A stretch of 64,000 nucleotides of DNA from the IMG/VR virus record IMGVR_UViG_3300031998_000001, positions 237,064 through 301,063 of that record, one strand, 5' to 3'. The number at the start of each line of letters is the position of its first letter. Within the stretch, counting starts at the first letter, position 1. The notes under the pieces were generated by a model. It did no database searches. It had not been told where the DNA came from and was given only the letters and a program-made list of their open reading frames with translations. Of the stretch, positions 9,066 to 19,005 are shown piece by piece. This DNA is from a virus (lineage: Duplodnaviria; Heunggongvirae; Uroviricota; Caudoviricetes). The translations under genes and the position numbers were made by a program.

Positions 9066-9932
9066 ATGGCAAAGAAACCAGACAGGAAAAACGCAAGGGA
9101 AAAGAGGATGGAGGAACTTGCAGTCGCCTACAGTTCCGCCCGCGCAAGAGTTAATTTCAGTGACGAGACAGACGCACAGCAGCAGGCAAAGGTCTTCATA
9201 AGGGAAGGCGTGAAGATACTCGTCAAGATTACGGACGAGAGCAATGCCGTCATAGAGGACGACTACAACCAGATAGCCAATGTACTCGGACTTCCGTTGA
9301 GCAAGTCGCAGTACAAGGAGTGCGTTGATGTTATGTCGAAAATCAAGGCTGGCGAGTATTCCGACAGGAACAGGGAGAAGTATGCCGAGCAGGTCGAGCA
9401 GAAACGCTACGACGGTATGCTCCGCGAATCGTTCCTTGAGAATGTGATAGACGACGGGAAGGAGATGTTCCCTATGCCGACGACCAACTCGGACAAAATC
9501 GGCGATGTCGTTCGCGAGAACATCAAGGCGGAGGACGACAAGGAGTTCGGGGAGATATTCTCGAAGAGCGTGGAGAGGATAATGAACATACGCGACATAT
9601 TGCAGGCGGAGTTCAACATATTCGCGGACGCATTCTCCTACATAACTTCGGACAGGTATTCGAGAAAGGACTTCAAGAGACTTGTCGAGTGGGAATACTT
9701 CGAGGCTGGCGTGCCGAGCGAAACGAGCGCACCTAAACTCTGGTCGGACATATACAGGGCTTGGGACACGATAAGGCTCGCACGGGCTTTCAGGGGCGAG
9801 GACTTCGGGGACTACACCCACGAACTCGGACTTGAATGCGAACTCTACGAGCCAGAGCCGAACGAAGACCACCGCTCTTGGTGGAAACGCCAGCACTGGG
9901 ATTTGTTCTCCAATAAGGACGACAATGAATAA
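9066..9932 (+). CDS. hypothetical protein
   Basis: 288-aa ORF, phage codon style, overlaps next start. Confidence 0.75.
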   Translation: MAKKPDRKNAREKRMEELAVAYSSARARVNFSDETDAQQQAKVFIREGVKILVKITDESNAVIEDDYNQIANVLGLPLSKSQYKECVDVMSKIKAGEYSDRNREKYAEQVEQKRYDGMLRESFLENVIDDGKEMFPMPTTNSDKIGDVVRENIKAEDDKEFGEIFSKSVERIMNIRDILQAEFNIFADAFSYITSDRYSRKDFKRLVEWEYFEAGVPSETSAPKLWSDIYRAWDTIRLARAFRGEDFGDYTHELGLECELYEPEPNEDHRSWWKRQHWDLFSNKDDNE

Positions 9933-10593
9933 CTACTACAGGATACTCGGAGTGTCGAGGAACGACGGGACGGAGTTCATCCGCTCCCGCTTCCGCGAGT
10001 TGAGCAAGGCGATGCACCCCGACAAGGGCGGGGACAACGATGCCTATGTCCTCGTACTCGAAGCGTACCATACGCTCACGGACGAAAGGAAACGCTCGGC
10101 ATACGACAGGAGGCTCGACCTCGCCAGTATGAAGTGCGAGGCAAGGGCGGTGTCCGCGCAGGACATTGCCGTAGAAATATATGTCCCCCTGTCCGATGCC
10201 CTCTCTGGCTGTACGAGGGAAATCGACTACGGCAAGAGCGTGATGAAAGTCACGATACCGAAGGGCGTGAGGGACGGGCACATAGTCCGATACGACAACT
10301 ATATGGGGCTTGGGATAAACCTCTCGGCAACGATTCGGGTGATAGTCCCGCCCTCGTGCGAACTTCGGGAGTACCGCAACCGTACGGAACTGATATATAA
10401 CCTATATATAGCGGAGGGTATGCTCGGCACGCAACTCCGAATATCGCCTCTCGGAGAGGACATATTCGTAACCATACCGAAGGCTTCGCAGGACGGCACT
10501 ATGTTCAAGATAAAAGGAAAGGGCTGCTACCTTTCGGAAACAGCCCGTGCAGACCTTTATGTGAAGATACACATTGTTCCTGTCAGAAAATAG
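9925..10593 (+). CDS. J-domain (DnaJ/CbpA-like) co-chaperone
   Basis: YYRILGV, HPDKGG, AYHTL.DE.KR..YD; DnaJ C-terminal V.IPKG and KGKG..DLYV motifs. Confidence 0.88.
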   Translation: MNNYYRILGVSRNDGTEFIRSRFRELSKAMHPDKGGDNDAYVLVLEAYHTLTDERKRSAYDRRLDLASMKCEARAVSAQDIAVEIYVPLSDALSGCTREIDYGKSVMKVTIPKGVRDGHIVRYDNYMGLGINLSATIRVIVPPSCELREYRNRTELIYNLYIAEGMLGTQLRISPLGEDIFVTIPKASQDGTMFKIKGKGCYLSETARADLYVKIHIVPVRK

Positions 10594-11575
10594 GCGAAGC
10601 ACCGCCGTTGCGGTTCACTCCCCTTTCGAGGCATTTGCGCATAATGTTGTCGGTGTGCTTCTTCCACGCCTTGTAGTTCTCCTCCGAGCCGAACTCCTCT
10701 ATTATCTCGGCTTTCTCCTTTTCCGAAAGCGTGTCCCAGTGTCCGTCCACTACGGCATCCGCGTCAGCCTTGACCTTCTGACAGAGCCTTTTGAGTGCGA
10801 TGGCACTCTTCCGCCTCTCCCTGTCGCGTGCCTTGTAGTTCTCTTCCGAACCGTATTCGTTAACAAGTTCGGCTTTCACTTCGTCCGTGAGGGTGTTCCA
10901 AGAGTTTTCGACCTCACCGTCGATGTCAATGTCCGCCTTGCTCTTTCCATACGGGAAGCCGAACACCCCGTAGATTGCCTTCGCCGTCATTATGCGCTTG
11001 ATTTCACCTTCCTTGAAGCCAGCGATTGAGCCGTATCTTTCGATAAGATGTTGTTTCGTAAAGTCGCCAAACGAGTTCCACCTGCGGTTCGTCTCATCTT
11101 CCGCCTCCTCCCTCGCATACGGGAGTTCGGCAAGTTTCTTCTCTATTCCACCAGCCTTAATCCACCTGACAAGGGCATCGACCGCCCTGAAGCCGTCTTG
11201 GTTCTTCAAGCCTGTCTTTTCGGCAATCCATTTGGCAGCATCGCATTTGCGGGCAAGACCGATTACCTTGTCTTCATCCCACTCGCGTGTGCCTATTGGA
11301 AATACATACACGCCTTCTTCGGCGACACCGTATTCGTCGGTCGTTATCGTGCCGCCTCCGTTGTATAGTTCAAACACAAGCCTGCTGTCCAACTGCTCAA
11401 TGCCTATAAACACAACGGATGTGTGCGGGAACAGTCCCAACGGGTGTGCCTTGTGATACTTGTATTCCCTGTCCATCAGGTTAAACTCCGCCCCGTAAGG
11501 CATTTTCTTGAAAAGCCCGATGAGGCTCTTTCTTGATTGTTCGTTCATAATATCTTTTGTTTTTTGGTTAGACAA
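10583..11575 (-). CDS. hypothetical protein with internal repeats
   Basis: W..L....K.E...E[YF]GSEENYKA twice plus a degenerate third copy. Confidence 0.7.
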   Translation of the reverse strand: MSNQKTKDIMNEQSRKSLIGLFKKMPYGAEFNLMDREYKYHKAHPLGLFPHTSVVFIGIEQLDSRLVFELYNGGGTITTDEYGVAEEGVYVFPIGTREWDEDKVIGLARKCDAAKWIAEKTGLKNQDGFRAVDALVRWIKAGGIEKKLAELPYAREEAEDETNRRWNSFGDFTKQHLIERYGSIAGFKEGEIKRIMTAKAIYGVFGFPYGKSKADIDIDGEVENSWNTLTDEVKAELVNEYGSEENYKARDRERRKSAIALKRLCQKVKADADAVVDGHWDTLSEKEKAEIIEEFGSEENYKAWKKHTDNIMRKCLERGVNRNGGASPIF

Positions 11576-12035
11576 TATTTTTTCTTTTCCAGAACCTGTC
11601 GGTTATATCGACAGGCTTGCCAGCGTCAATCCGATACATCCTCTGGTTCGTGCTTTCGGACGAGAGTCCGCCCCTTGACATATCGTACCCGCCAAGTTTC
11701 ACATAGTCGAAGTCGGTCAGGTCGGACGGCATCTCGTTGCGCCCAGAGTACCAAGCGACCTTCTTGTGCAAGGACTCCCTTATATACTTGGCTGCCTCCG
11801 CCACCGAAGCCCTGTCCCCGTCGCCACCCATAAGGCACACGCAGGTCACCGCCTTGTCATACTGCGCCACTATGTCGGAGAGAACCTTGCCGTTAAGTTC
11901 ACCGCCTATGTTCTCGCACAAATGGGGGCTATGGCAGGCACGGCACTTCACTGGGCAGTTCGTTATGTTTATCGCAAGGGAAACCTCGTCGGGCACTTCC
12001 TGAAACACAATGTCGTAGTTGTAATATTTGAGCAT
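11568..12035 (-). CDS. nrdG: anaerobic ribonucleotide reductase activating protein (radical SAM)
   Basis: IVFQEVPDE.SL, CPVKCRACHS, MGGDGD, WYSG, DYVKLG, STNQR. Confidence 0.9.
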   Translation of the reverse strand: MLKYYNYDIVFQEVPDEVSLAINITNCPVKCRACHSPHLCENIGGELNGKVLSDIVAQYDKAVTCVCLMGGDGDRASVAEAAKYIRESLHKKVAWYSGRNEMPSDLTDFDYVKLGGYDMSRGGLSSESTNQRMYRIDAGKPVDITDRFWKRKNIV

Positions 12036-12038
12036 ATC

Positions 12039-12281
12039 CTATATTTCAAAATGACCGTTGTCATCAAAGAAACTGCACAGGCACGCCATTTCGTCCCTGC
12101 ACTTCCCGTACAGTGAACATTTGGCTGTGCAACTCTCATCCTCGCTTAACTTGTCCTTTACGAATGTGTGCTTCACACCGTTCAGTATGATTGCATTCTC
12201 CTTTTTCGCATTGGTGGTATGCTGACCATCGTACTGCCGACCGTATATGTGTCTTCCTCCATATTCCATTACATCAGCCAT
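12039..12281 (-). CDS. hypothetical protein (Cys-rich)
   Basis: 80-aa ORF in tightly packed operon. Confidence 0.6.
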   Translation of the reverse strand: MADVMEYGGRHIYGRQYDGQHTTNAKKENAIILNGVKHTFVKDKLSEDESCTAKCSLYGKCRDEMACLCSFFDDNGHFEI

Positions 12282-12282
12282 A

Positions 12283-12399
12283 TTAAAATTCCCTTTCTGC
12301 TATTTTTCTTGACCTATTCCAGCGTGCCTTCAAGAGACCGCATACATCCTTAACCTTCACGCACTTCTTAAAATCTATGTTGTTGTAGTATTTCAGCAT
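12283..12399 (-). CDS. 38-aa ORF starting like NrdG (MLKYYN), possibly a remnant
   Basis: Fills the gap between ORFs; start context duplicates that of nrdG. Confidence 0.35.
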   Translation of the reverse strand: MLKYYNNIDFKKCVKVKDVCGLLKARWNRSRKIAEREF

Positions 12400-12402
12400 A
12401 TC

Positions 12403-12678
12403 CTATCCCTCCGTGAACTCGACTTCCACATCGCCTATATGGTGCAACGGCATAGCGTCGTCCGTGCTTGCATATACATCCACATAAGCACCTTCCCCAG
12501 TCAAATATCCTCCGTCGTTCTTCACAAGGTTAATCTCGAACAGCCTGCCTCCGTTGTCCGCAGTCTGCTCCAAGAAGTATGCGTAATCTTCGTCATCATA
12601 GTTCCTGTCGAACTTTGACATTTCCCTTTCGTATTCGTAAGCCTTGCCAGAATACTCGAATTTCACCTTTGCTTTCAT
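12403..12678 (-). CDS. hypothetical protein
   Basis: 91-aa acidic ORF in operon. Confidence 0.65.
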   Translation of the reverse strand: MKAKVKFEYSGKAYEYEREMSKFDRNYDDEDYAYFLEQTADNGGRLFEINLVKNDGGYLTGEGAYVDVYASTDDAMPLHHIGDVEVEFTEG

Positions 12679-12681
12679 TTC

Positions 12682-14130
12682 CTATTCGTTATAATAAGAA
12701 CCGTACTTTCCGTCATAGTCATCCTTCGTTCCGACAAGACGCGCGGTCTCGTCGTCATAGGGGAGGCACTGCGTATATGCGCTGTCCGTCGTCACGAACA
12801 CCCCGCTTGAGTTCCTGTGCGAATATATGGCGCACTTCCACACGCCCGCAACATCGCGGACTATAACCCTGTCGAACGGCTTGAGCGTGTCCGATACCCA
12901 TTTGGCTTCCCCCGTTGTCCCGACAAGGCACTTGTTGAGGTTGTCCCAGCCGTAGCCGTCACCCGACACGAACTCGCCGAATTTCTTTTCGACACCTCGC
13001 GCCATCGGTACGAACTCCTCGCACAGCCAACATCTGTTCTCCTTTTCGTCCAGATTGAGATGCTTGCCGTCGCAGTCGTAGTTCCGCACGAATGCGTGAG
13101 AACGGAATGTGTTCGGATTGTCCGTGTCAATGCACTTGAACACGAGGGAGATTTCCCCGTCCCTCGAAACAAGGGGCATACCCTCCTCGACCATCGTGAT
13201 GTCCCAGTTTACGAAATTCCGCGCCAGATAGTCCTTGTCGGCATACAGAGGTACAGTCTCCTCGTCCCCGAACATATACAACTCGAAGCACTTGCCGTCA
13301 TTGTCAACATTCGCTATCCTATACCACTGGCGGTTGTCGGTCTGGCAGAGCCAGTCGCCTACATTGTACGGTCTGACGGGGCTGGAGATTATCGACTTGA
13401 TGTAGCAAGACCAGTCGAAGCCGAGCCTGTTGAGGTAGCATCGGAAGTCGAAAGCCTCCTCGTCCGTCATAGGCACGAGCCTGCAATCGTTGGTGCGCTC
13501 GCACTCCTGCGTGTCGAGTCCGCTCCACCGCCTGCCGTCCGCCTCCCTTGTCGCAACCGCAAACGCAACATACCTGTCGGTGTTCGGGACAGCCTCCTTG
13601 AACAATATGCCCGTAGTCTTGTCCTCGCTCATCAGCATACAACCCTTTCGGGCTTTGCCGACACTCCATTTCTCATAGCCAGCGTCAAGTTCGGCTTCGG
13701 TCGCCTTCTGCGGTATCTGGTAGCCCCTTCCCGAAAGGACATACCTGTCGTGCTTGTCCTTGCCCTCTATGCGCCACAGCCCGCCGTTGCCGTCAACAAG
13801 CCAGTCGTGCAGGCGGTACTTGTCCTGCTTGCACTGCTCGGCTTTCTTTCCGTAAGCCTTCTCCCGAAGCACGCCCCCGATATAGTTCTCGTAGTCGTCC
13901 TTCAGGCAGTAGAAGTAGTCGAAGTATTCGAGGTCGTGCATAAAGTCTATCGTGTCGTTGTCAACCTCGAACCTGTACGAGCCGTCATTGTTTGTGTCGA
14001 AGTACCCGTCATATACGGTAACATCGCCCGTAACCCTGTGTATCTCGACAAGGGTATATATGTTTCTCTTCTTCTCAACGCCGAGAGCCTTCAGGTTCTT
14101 CGGTGCTATTTCCTTAAATTCAATGTCCAT
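12682..14130 (-). CDS. modular hypothetical protein (two internal repeats plus LKPFDRV.VRD C-terminal module)
   Basis: Repeated DWL..WxI..W...A.[KE]G.L.S module; C-terminus shared with 16116 and 16898. Confidence 0.75.
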   Translation of the reverse strand: MDIEFKEIAPKNLKALGVEKKRNIYTLVEIHRVTGDVTVYDGYFDTNNDGSYRFEVDNDTIDFMHDLEYFDYFYCLKDDYENYIGGVLREKAYGKKAEQCKQDKYRLHDWLVDGNGGLWRIEGKDKHDRYVLSGRGYQIPQKATEAELDAGYEKWSVGKARKGCMLMSEDKTTGILFKEAVPNTDRYVAFAVATREADGRRWSGLDTQECERTNDCRLVPMTDEEAFDFRCYLNRLGFDWSCYIKSIISSPVRPYNVGDWLCQTDNRQWYRIANVDNDGKCFELYMFGDEETVPLYADKDYLARNFVNWDITMVEEGMPLVSRDGEISLVFKCIDTDNPNTFRSHAFVRNYDCDGKHLNLDEKENRCWLCEEFVPMARGVEKKFGEFVSGDGYGWDNLNKCLVGTTGEAKWVSDTLKPFDRVIVRDVAGVWKCAIYSHRNSSGVFVTTDSAYTQCLPYDDETARLVGTKDDYDGKYGSYYNE

Positions 14131-14158
14131 TGCCTTTCTGGTTATTCGGTTGTTAATG

Positions 14159-14590
14159 TTATGAAATCCTCTCTATCACCATCTCCACGAACTCGCGTGA
14201 AATGGGGGTGTTGTTGTAGTGCCTCTCTCCGCGCCAAGTGTACGGCTTCTTGAAGTACAGGACGGACTTGTCGTCCTTGTCCGCATTCTTCACGAGGGCA
14301 TCCCGAAGTATGCCAGCCCATTCGTTTCTCGGCTTGCCTTCGAGCATACCGACTATGAACTCCGCAGACTTCTCCCAGTCGAAATATATCGGAGACCACG
14401 GCTTGCTGATGAAGTCCGAAGCCTTCATAATGTATGTGTTGCCCGAAAGTTTCTTCGGTGCGTGCGGATTTTCCTTCGCTACTTCCATCATCGCGTCCAC
14501 TATCGCGTTGCCGAGTTCCGTCTCAAGCATCTCCTTCTCACGGAGAAGTGCCTCTATCCTTTCCCTTGTTTCCCTTATGTTCGTATTCAT
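14159..14590 (-). CDS. hypothetical protein
   Basis: Start refined to MNTNIRE after AT-rich leader; TATAAATA at 14617-14624 on minus strand. Confidence 0.65.
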   Translation of the reverse strand: MNTNIRETRERIEALLREKEMLETELGNAIVDAMMEVAKENPHAPKKLSGNTYIMKASDFISKPWSPIYFDWEKSAEFIVGMLEGKPRNEWAGILRDALVKNADKDDKSVLYFKKPYTWRGERHYNNTPISREFVEMVIERIS

Positions 14591-14619
14591 ATTCAAAAAA
14601 TTTATTATATATATGCTAT

Positions 14620-14802
14620 TTATAATATTCCGAAAGACTTGAGTTGCAGGTAGCCAGCCTCTATCTCGGCATCGAGGCAACCCGATATGCCCTTCCTGAC
14701 GACCTCATCGGGCTTGACATATTCCCCGAAAGCCTCGTCGCAGACCAAGTACCGCCCGCCCCGAAGGTATATCATATATTTCCTGTTTGCCACAACTCCC
14801 AT
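14620..14802 (-). CDS. hypothetical protein
   Basis: Start refined to MGVVANR directly after promoter 14824-14852. Confidence 0.55.
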   Translation of the reverse strand: MGVVANRKYMIYLRGGRYLVCDEAFGEYVKPDEVVRKGISGCLDAEIEAGYLQLKSFGIL

Positions 14803-14823
14803 TTTCTTTTCCTTTCCAACACT

Positions 14824-14852
14824 AATATATAGTGAACTTCTGCCGATTTCAG
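14824..14852 (-). promoter_or_regulatory. CTGAAA-N17-TATATT phage promoter
   Basis: Exact match. Confidence 0.8.
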
Positions 14853-14917
14853 AAAAAAAAGGCGGAATGACATTTGGGGATGCCAGTTCCGCCCGAAAGT
14901 ATGACATAAGTACAAAA

Positions 14918-15301
14918 TTAAGCGTTTTCCTTCTTTTCCTGCATATACCTCAACAAGTCCTTCATAACGGAAGTGCCCCGCAAATGATGATGACCGCGTT
15001 CATCATACTCGTTACCGTGTATGTTGAGCCAGTCCTCAATCTCCGCATAAGTGCCTCTCGCACCGTCACGCAAGCCGTCCGCATAGTCGCTCAACTGTGC
15101 GGTTTCGCTCGGCTCTTCAATAAACTCTATGCGTATGGGAGTCATAATAGTTTCATCCATCTGCTCCTTTTCAAGCCCTTCCTTCCACCTGCGTATTTCC
15201 GAGATAGACTCGTTCTCGTCGAACTCGGCTATCTTAACAATGTCGTCATACCTGTCATACGACAGTTGCTTTGAGATTATTGTATTCACCCTTGCTTTCA
15301 T
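14918..15301 (-). CDS. hypothetical protein
   Basis: 127-aa ORF in operon. Confidence 0.65.
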   Translation of the reverse strand: MKARVNTIISKQLSYDRYDDIVKIAEFDENESISEIRRWKEGLEKEQMDETIMTPIRIEFIEEPSETAQLSDYADGLRDGARGTYAEIEDWLNIHGNEYDERGHHHLRGTSVMKDLLRYMQEKKENA

Positions 15302-15303
15302 AA

Positions 15304-15681
15304 CTATTCAAATTTATACATTCCCTTCTCCGCTTCAAATGCAAGCCCCTTCGGTATAAGCCCGCGCCAGTCGATATGATGCTCATATATGAAGCGCACC
15401 GCGAGCGATGCTTGGTTTCCCGCGTCCACCGCACCAAGCACAACGGCGAGTTCCTCGAACTCCTTTCTTTCCTTCTCCGTCATCGCGCTCTCGGAACGGA
15501 GGTACGGGCGCACGCTGTCTATTTCCGTGTAGCCGTAGTTCGTAACTGGATAGTCGGTGTCCGTGTCCGCGATGTCCTCCAGCCAGAAGTCCTCCCCCGC
15601 AGACGCATCATAGCACTTCAACCCGAACGGCAGGCGGGCGCAAAGTTCCTCAATGAGCAATCTCCTATCTTCTTTCTTCAT
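15304..15681 (-). CDS. hypothetical protein (Bacteroidales-phage type, LCARLP.G..PYLR..S.MT..E..H.D.RGLI..GLA)
   Basis: Recognisable phage motif; start refined to MKKEDRR. Confidence 0.7.
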   Translation of the reverse strand: MKKEDRRLLIEELCARLPFGLKCYDASAGEDFWLEDIADTDTDYPVTNYGYTEIDSVRPYLRSESAMTEKERKEFEELAVVLGAVDAGNQASLAVRFIYEHHIDWRGLIPKGLAFEAEKGMYKFE

Positions 15682-16051
15682 ACTTCCCGTCCTCGCAATA
15701 ATGTGTTGAGCCTGAAACCTCGCCGACAACACATTCTTCAAACGACTTGCACTTCACAATGTCCCAATGTGTGCGGTACGGATTGTCCACGCCCTTCGGC
15801 TTGGTAAGGTCAAGGCTCTTCAAGCCCATAACATACGCGCCATCATCATCATTAACAACGGCTTCTACGCCAAGTATGTCGTCCCACTTCCCGCGCTTCG
15901 CGTTTTCAAGGTGCGCGACTATCACCACTTGGTCGCCGATGAAGAGTTCCGAACCCTTGTCGTCGAACATATCGGTCTTTGTCCCGCATACGCCCTGCCT
16001 GACTGGTATGACAGTCTTGCGACCTTTCCTTATATACCTGTAAAGTTCCAT
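15665..16051 (-). CDS. hypothetical protein (YopX-like fragment possible)
   Basis: T...D.KG.ELF.GD.V motif; downstream of promoter. Confidence 0.6.
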   Translation of the reverse strand: MELYRYIRKGRKTVIPVRQGVCGTKTDMFDDKGSELFIGDQVVIVAHLENAKRGKWDDILGVEAVVNDDDGAYVMGLKSLDLTKPKGVDNPYRTHWDIVKCKSFEECVVGEVSGSTHYCEDGKYEERR

Positions 16052-16083
16052 ATCCTGTTTTTTAATGTTTCCTTTCCAACACT

Positions 16084-16112
16084 AATATATTGGCTATTTA
16101 TTGGAATTTCAG
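16084..16112 (-). promoter_or_regulatory. CTGAAA-N17-TATATT phage promoter
   Basis: Exact match. Confidence 0.8.
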
Positions 16113-16115
16113 AAA

Positions 16116-16901
16116 TCATTCGCACTTCCCGTATTTGCCTATGTAGTCCTTGCTCGTACCGAGCAGGTATCTCGTCTCCTCGTTGTACGGCACACATTGG
16201 GAATACATATATTCGTTGCCGACCGTACACACCATTCCGTCCGCGCTTACGCTCTCAAAGAAACCGAGCCTCCAGTGGCGTGCGGGGTATCGGGAATTAC
16301 GGACAAGCACCTTGTCGAAAGGCTGCAAGTCCGAAAGCGAGAACTTCCCGCTTTCCGCCCTCATCTTCTCGGCAATCGGTCTGGTCAGGTCGTCAAGCGC
16401 AACAAGTGCCTCCGTGTGTTCGTCCCAAATGTAGCCGTTGCCATAGAGCGTCCCGTTGAAGAACTCCGCCTCGCTTTCCGTAGCATATCTCATCCTCCCC
16501 AACTCAACCGTTATCCTGATGCCGAGGGCGTTGTATGCGTAGCCGTCGCCCGCATAGACATATATCGCGACCTTCTTCGTATTCGGATTGTCAGACGCAT
16601 CGATGGCTATTATGTCACCAGCCCTGAACAAGACCGACTGCCAGTCATCCCAAGTCCTGTGCTCCCTGCTCGGAAACAGCACGCACTCGCCTCTGGTACT
16701 ACGCTGACCGTACCTGTTGAACCAGTGGAATATGCCGTCGTCCTCCGTATATGTCTTTATGCGCATAATCTCGTTCGTCTCCTCGTTCTTCCCGCGACCT
16801 GCAAGTTTCACAACCCCGCATATCACGGAATAAAGTTCTATGTCGCGCGGCGCATCAGCCAGTATCAGTTCGATGTCAGTCATTTCGTTCATATCAGTCA
16901 T
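16116..16901 (-). CDS. modular hypothetical protein, paralog of 16898
   Basis: LYS.I.G..GEC.LFPS..W..WQ N-module and PFDKVLVR..QC.PYNEET..LLGT C-module; ATGA overlap with upstream gene. Confidence 0.75.
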   Translation of the reverse strand: MTDMNEMTDIELILADAPRDIELYSVICGVVKLAGRGKNEETNEIMRIKTYTEDDGIFHWFNRYGQRSTRGECVLFPSREHRTWDDWQSVLFRAGDIIAIDASDNPNTKKVAIYVYAGDGYAYNALGIRITVELGRMRYATESEAEFFNGTLYGNGYIWDEHTEALVALDDLTRPIAEKMRAESGKFSLSDLQPFDKVLVRNSRYPARHWRLGFFESVSADGMVCTVGNEYMYSQCVPYNEETRYLLGTSKDYIGKYGKCE

Positions 16902-17908
16902 ATTTTCCAAGTTATGTATTTCTTGTCGCAGTTGTCCCTTGTTCCGAGCAACTTCCTCGTTTCGTCGTTGTAGGGTATGCACATCGCCCACCCGCTGTCC
17001 ATACACCTGTACCTGTATATTGCATCGTCCTTGTCGTAGTGCTTGAATATGCTCGCGTCCCATTCCGCACCCTCCGAGTCCCTGACGAGAACTCGGTCGA
17101 ACGGCTTCAGTTCCGTGAATGATTTTTCTTCGGTGGCTTCTGATGTCTTGACGCTTTCCTTCTTCACGGGAATCTCACCGTCCTCCGCAGGACGGAAGTA
17201 TTCGTCTGTTTCACTGCCCACTGGCAGAGGGTAGCCGTGCTCGTCCACAAGATAGCCGTCGGCGTTGCACCTGTACGCCTTCCCAGAGTGGAACGCCACA
17301 TAGTCGTCCCCGTAGTATTGCGTGCGGAGGGATACATACCACCTGCCAGCGACTATGCCGTGCTTCGTGTTCGGGGCTTCCCCGCCCTTCGGTTCGCCGA
17401 GTACCATCTCTCGCCTCTGCTCGTCCCAGCGGTAGCCCTTTCGTTCAAGCACCGTCATAAATGCACGCGCCTCCTGCGGGCTTGCATACCTGCACTCCGT
17501 GAACAGCGGTGTCCCGTCGCACATAACATTGGCGTACCGAGTGCCGTCCTTGTCAATCAGAATGTAGTCATACATATCTACACCGTCAAATCCATTAACG
17601 ATGATATATGTCCCGACACCTTCGCGCACCACAATATCGCCCTTGCCGAAAAGTTCATTTTGCCATCCGTCCCAACTCTTGTGGTCTTGCGATGGATAGA
17701 GCAGACATTCGCCCATTCCCGTCCAGTAGCGTCCGCACCAGTCGAAGCCGTAGTGCTGGGTATCTTCGAGATTGGATACTACAATTTCATCATCGCTTAC
17801 CCTTACGAGCGTACACGAGCCGATGAGGGGCGAATAGAGCATAGTTCCCGTCGGTGCGTACTTCAGCAGTTTCGCGATGTTCTTTCCTTTCGTGTAATTC
17901 TGTTCCAT
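16898..17908 (-). CDS. modular hypothetical protein, paralog of 16116
   Basis: Same N- and C-modules with an extra inserted module. Confidence 0.75.
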   Translation of the reverse strand: MEQNYTKGKNIAKLLKYAPTGTMLYSPLIGSCTLVRVSDDEIVVSNLEDTQHYGFDWCGRYWTGMGECLLYPSQDHKSWDGWQNELFGKGDIVVREGVGTYIIVNGFDGVDMYDYILIDKDGTRYANVMCDGTPLFTECRYASPQEARAFMTVLERKGYRWDEQRREMVLGEPKGGEAPNTKHGIVAGRWYVSLRTQYYGDDYVAFHSGKAYRCNADGYLVDEHGYPLPVGSETDEYFRPAEDGEIPVKKESVKTSEATEEKSFTELKPFDRVLVRDSEGAEWDASIFKHYDKDDAIYRYRCMDSGWAMCIPYNDETRKLLGTRDNCDKKYITWKI

Positions 17909-17909
17909 A

Positions 17910-18119
17910 TTAAAACTCCCCCTTTATTATGCCAGCATCTTTCCATAGTCGAAGCCCGCCTATGGACGAGCCGTCCGCAAATTCAATCTTCGTTATTCCG
18001 AGCCGATTGTATGTCACGCTCGACACATTGCACTGCTGGGCAAGTTCGTTAAGCCCGACTATGAACTGCTCGCAGTCGCACTTGCCCATAAGTTTGTCCG
18101 TTGGTATTATTATCGCCAT
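17910..18119 (-). CDS. hypothetical protein
   Basis: 69 aa, abuts neighbours. Confidence 0.55.
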   Translation of the reverse strand: MAIIIPTDKLMGKCDCEQFIVGLNELAQQCNVSSVTYNRLGITKIEFADGSSIGGLRLWKDAGIIKGEF

Positions 18120-18724
18120 TATATTTTCCTCCTGTAAACGACAAGCCCCTTCATATCCGCGCCAATCTCGATTGCCCAGCCGTTATCAAGCATAACCTCG
18201 TAAACGAGCCTTGTGCTTTGCGCCTGCGATTCGGCGCAGGACGAAACCGCAATATGCCTCTCCTCTATGGAAACTACATTGTTCTTGCCGACCTCGTAGT
18301 CAAGGTACGGCGTTTCAGGGGCGCATACGCTCCATATTTCCGACTTTCCCGCTTCGGCGGCGGTTTCCTTGTCGGATGAATTATCCTCCCCGTATGCCCC
18401 GTATATACGCTTCATATCTATCACAAAGTCGTCCGACCACATCGAGTCTGGTTCGCCCTCTATATAGTTCTCCGCGCAATACGCCACCGTGACGGCAAGC
18501 ATACCGTCGTACATCTGACCGATTGCTGTCACCCCGTCGAAATTCTCCGCACCGTCCTTGCCAAGTATGGCGATACACCTGTCCTCGTCGGCGAGTATCT
18601 GGTTCAACGCCTTCAGGAGAAGGTTGTGGTTCTCCACAAACTTCCCGTCATTGAGGATGTGCCTGCACACTATTTGCGGTGCAACTTCGGTTGCCACTCC
18701 CGTTTGTTTGTTGTTGTCTTTCAT
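18119..18724 (-). CDS. hypothetical protein
   Basis: 201 aa in operon. Confidence 0.7.
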   Translation of the reverse strand: MKDNNKQTGVATEVAPQIVCRHILNDGKFVENHNLLLKALNQILADEDRCIAILGKDGAENFDGVTAIGQMYDGMLAVTVAYCAENYIEGEPDSMWSDDFVIDMKRIYGAYGEDNSSDKETAAEAGKSEIWSVCAPETPYLDYEVGKNNVVSIEERHIAVSSCAESQAQSTRLVYEVMLDNGWAIEIGADMKGLVVYRRKI

Positions 18725-18736
18725 AGCAATTATCCT

Positions 18737-18982
18737 TTAATCAAAAATGTCAATGCTTTCCACTGGAAAATCCGCCTCGTCGAGCCTGCGATGGTACTCT
18801 TCGAGCATAGCGTCCGCCATATTGAATGCGAATCTTGCCGTATCGTTCGTGTCGATGTCCGCGAATGTTCCGAGAAACTTCCACCCAGACTCCTGTATGC
18901 CCTGCATCGCCGAGACCGCAGCCTCCCGCCAGAACTCTATGTCGTGGTCGTTCCTGAATGTCCTTTTCGTCTTGTCCGCCAT
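18737..18982 (-). CDS. hypothetical protein (AMQG..A...ADAML family)
   Basis: Common phage helical motif; downstream of promoter. Confidence 0.7.
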   Translation of the reverse strand: MADKTKRTFRNDHDIEFWREAAVSAMQGIQESGWKFLGTFADIDTNDTARFAFNMADAMLEEYHRRLDEADFPVESIDIFD

Positions 18983-19005
18983 AGCAATTATTTTTCCTCA
19001 ACACT

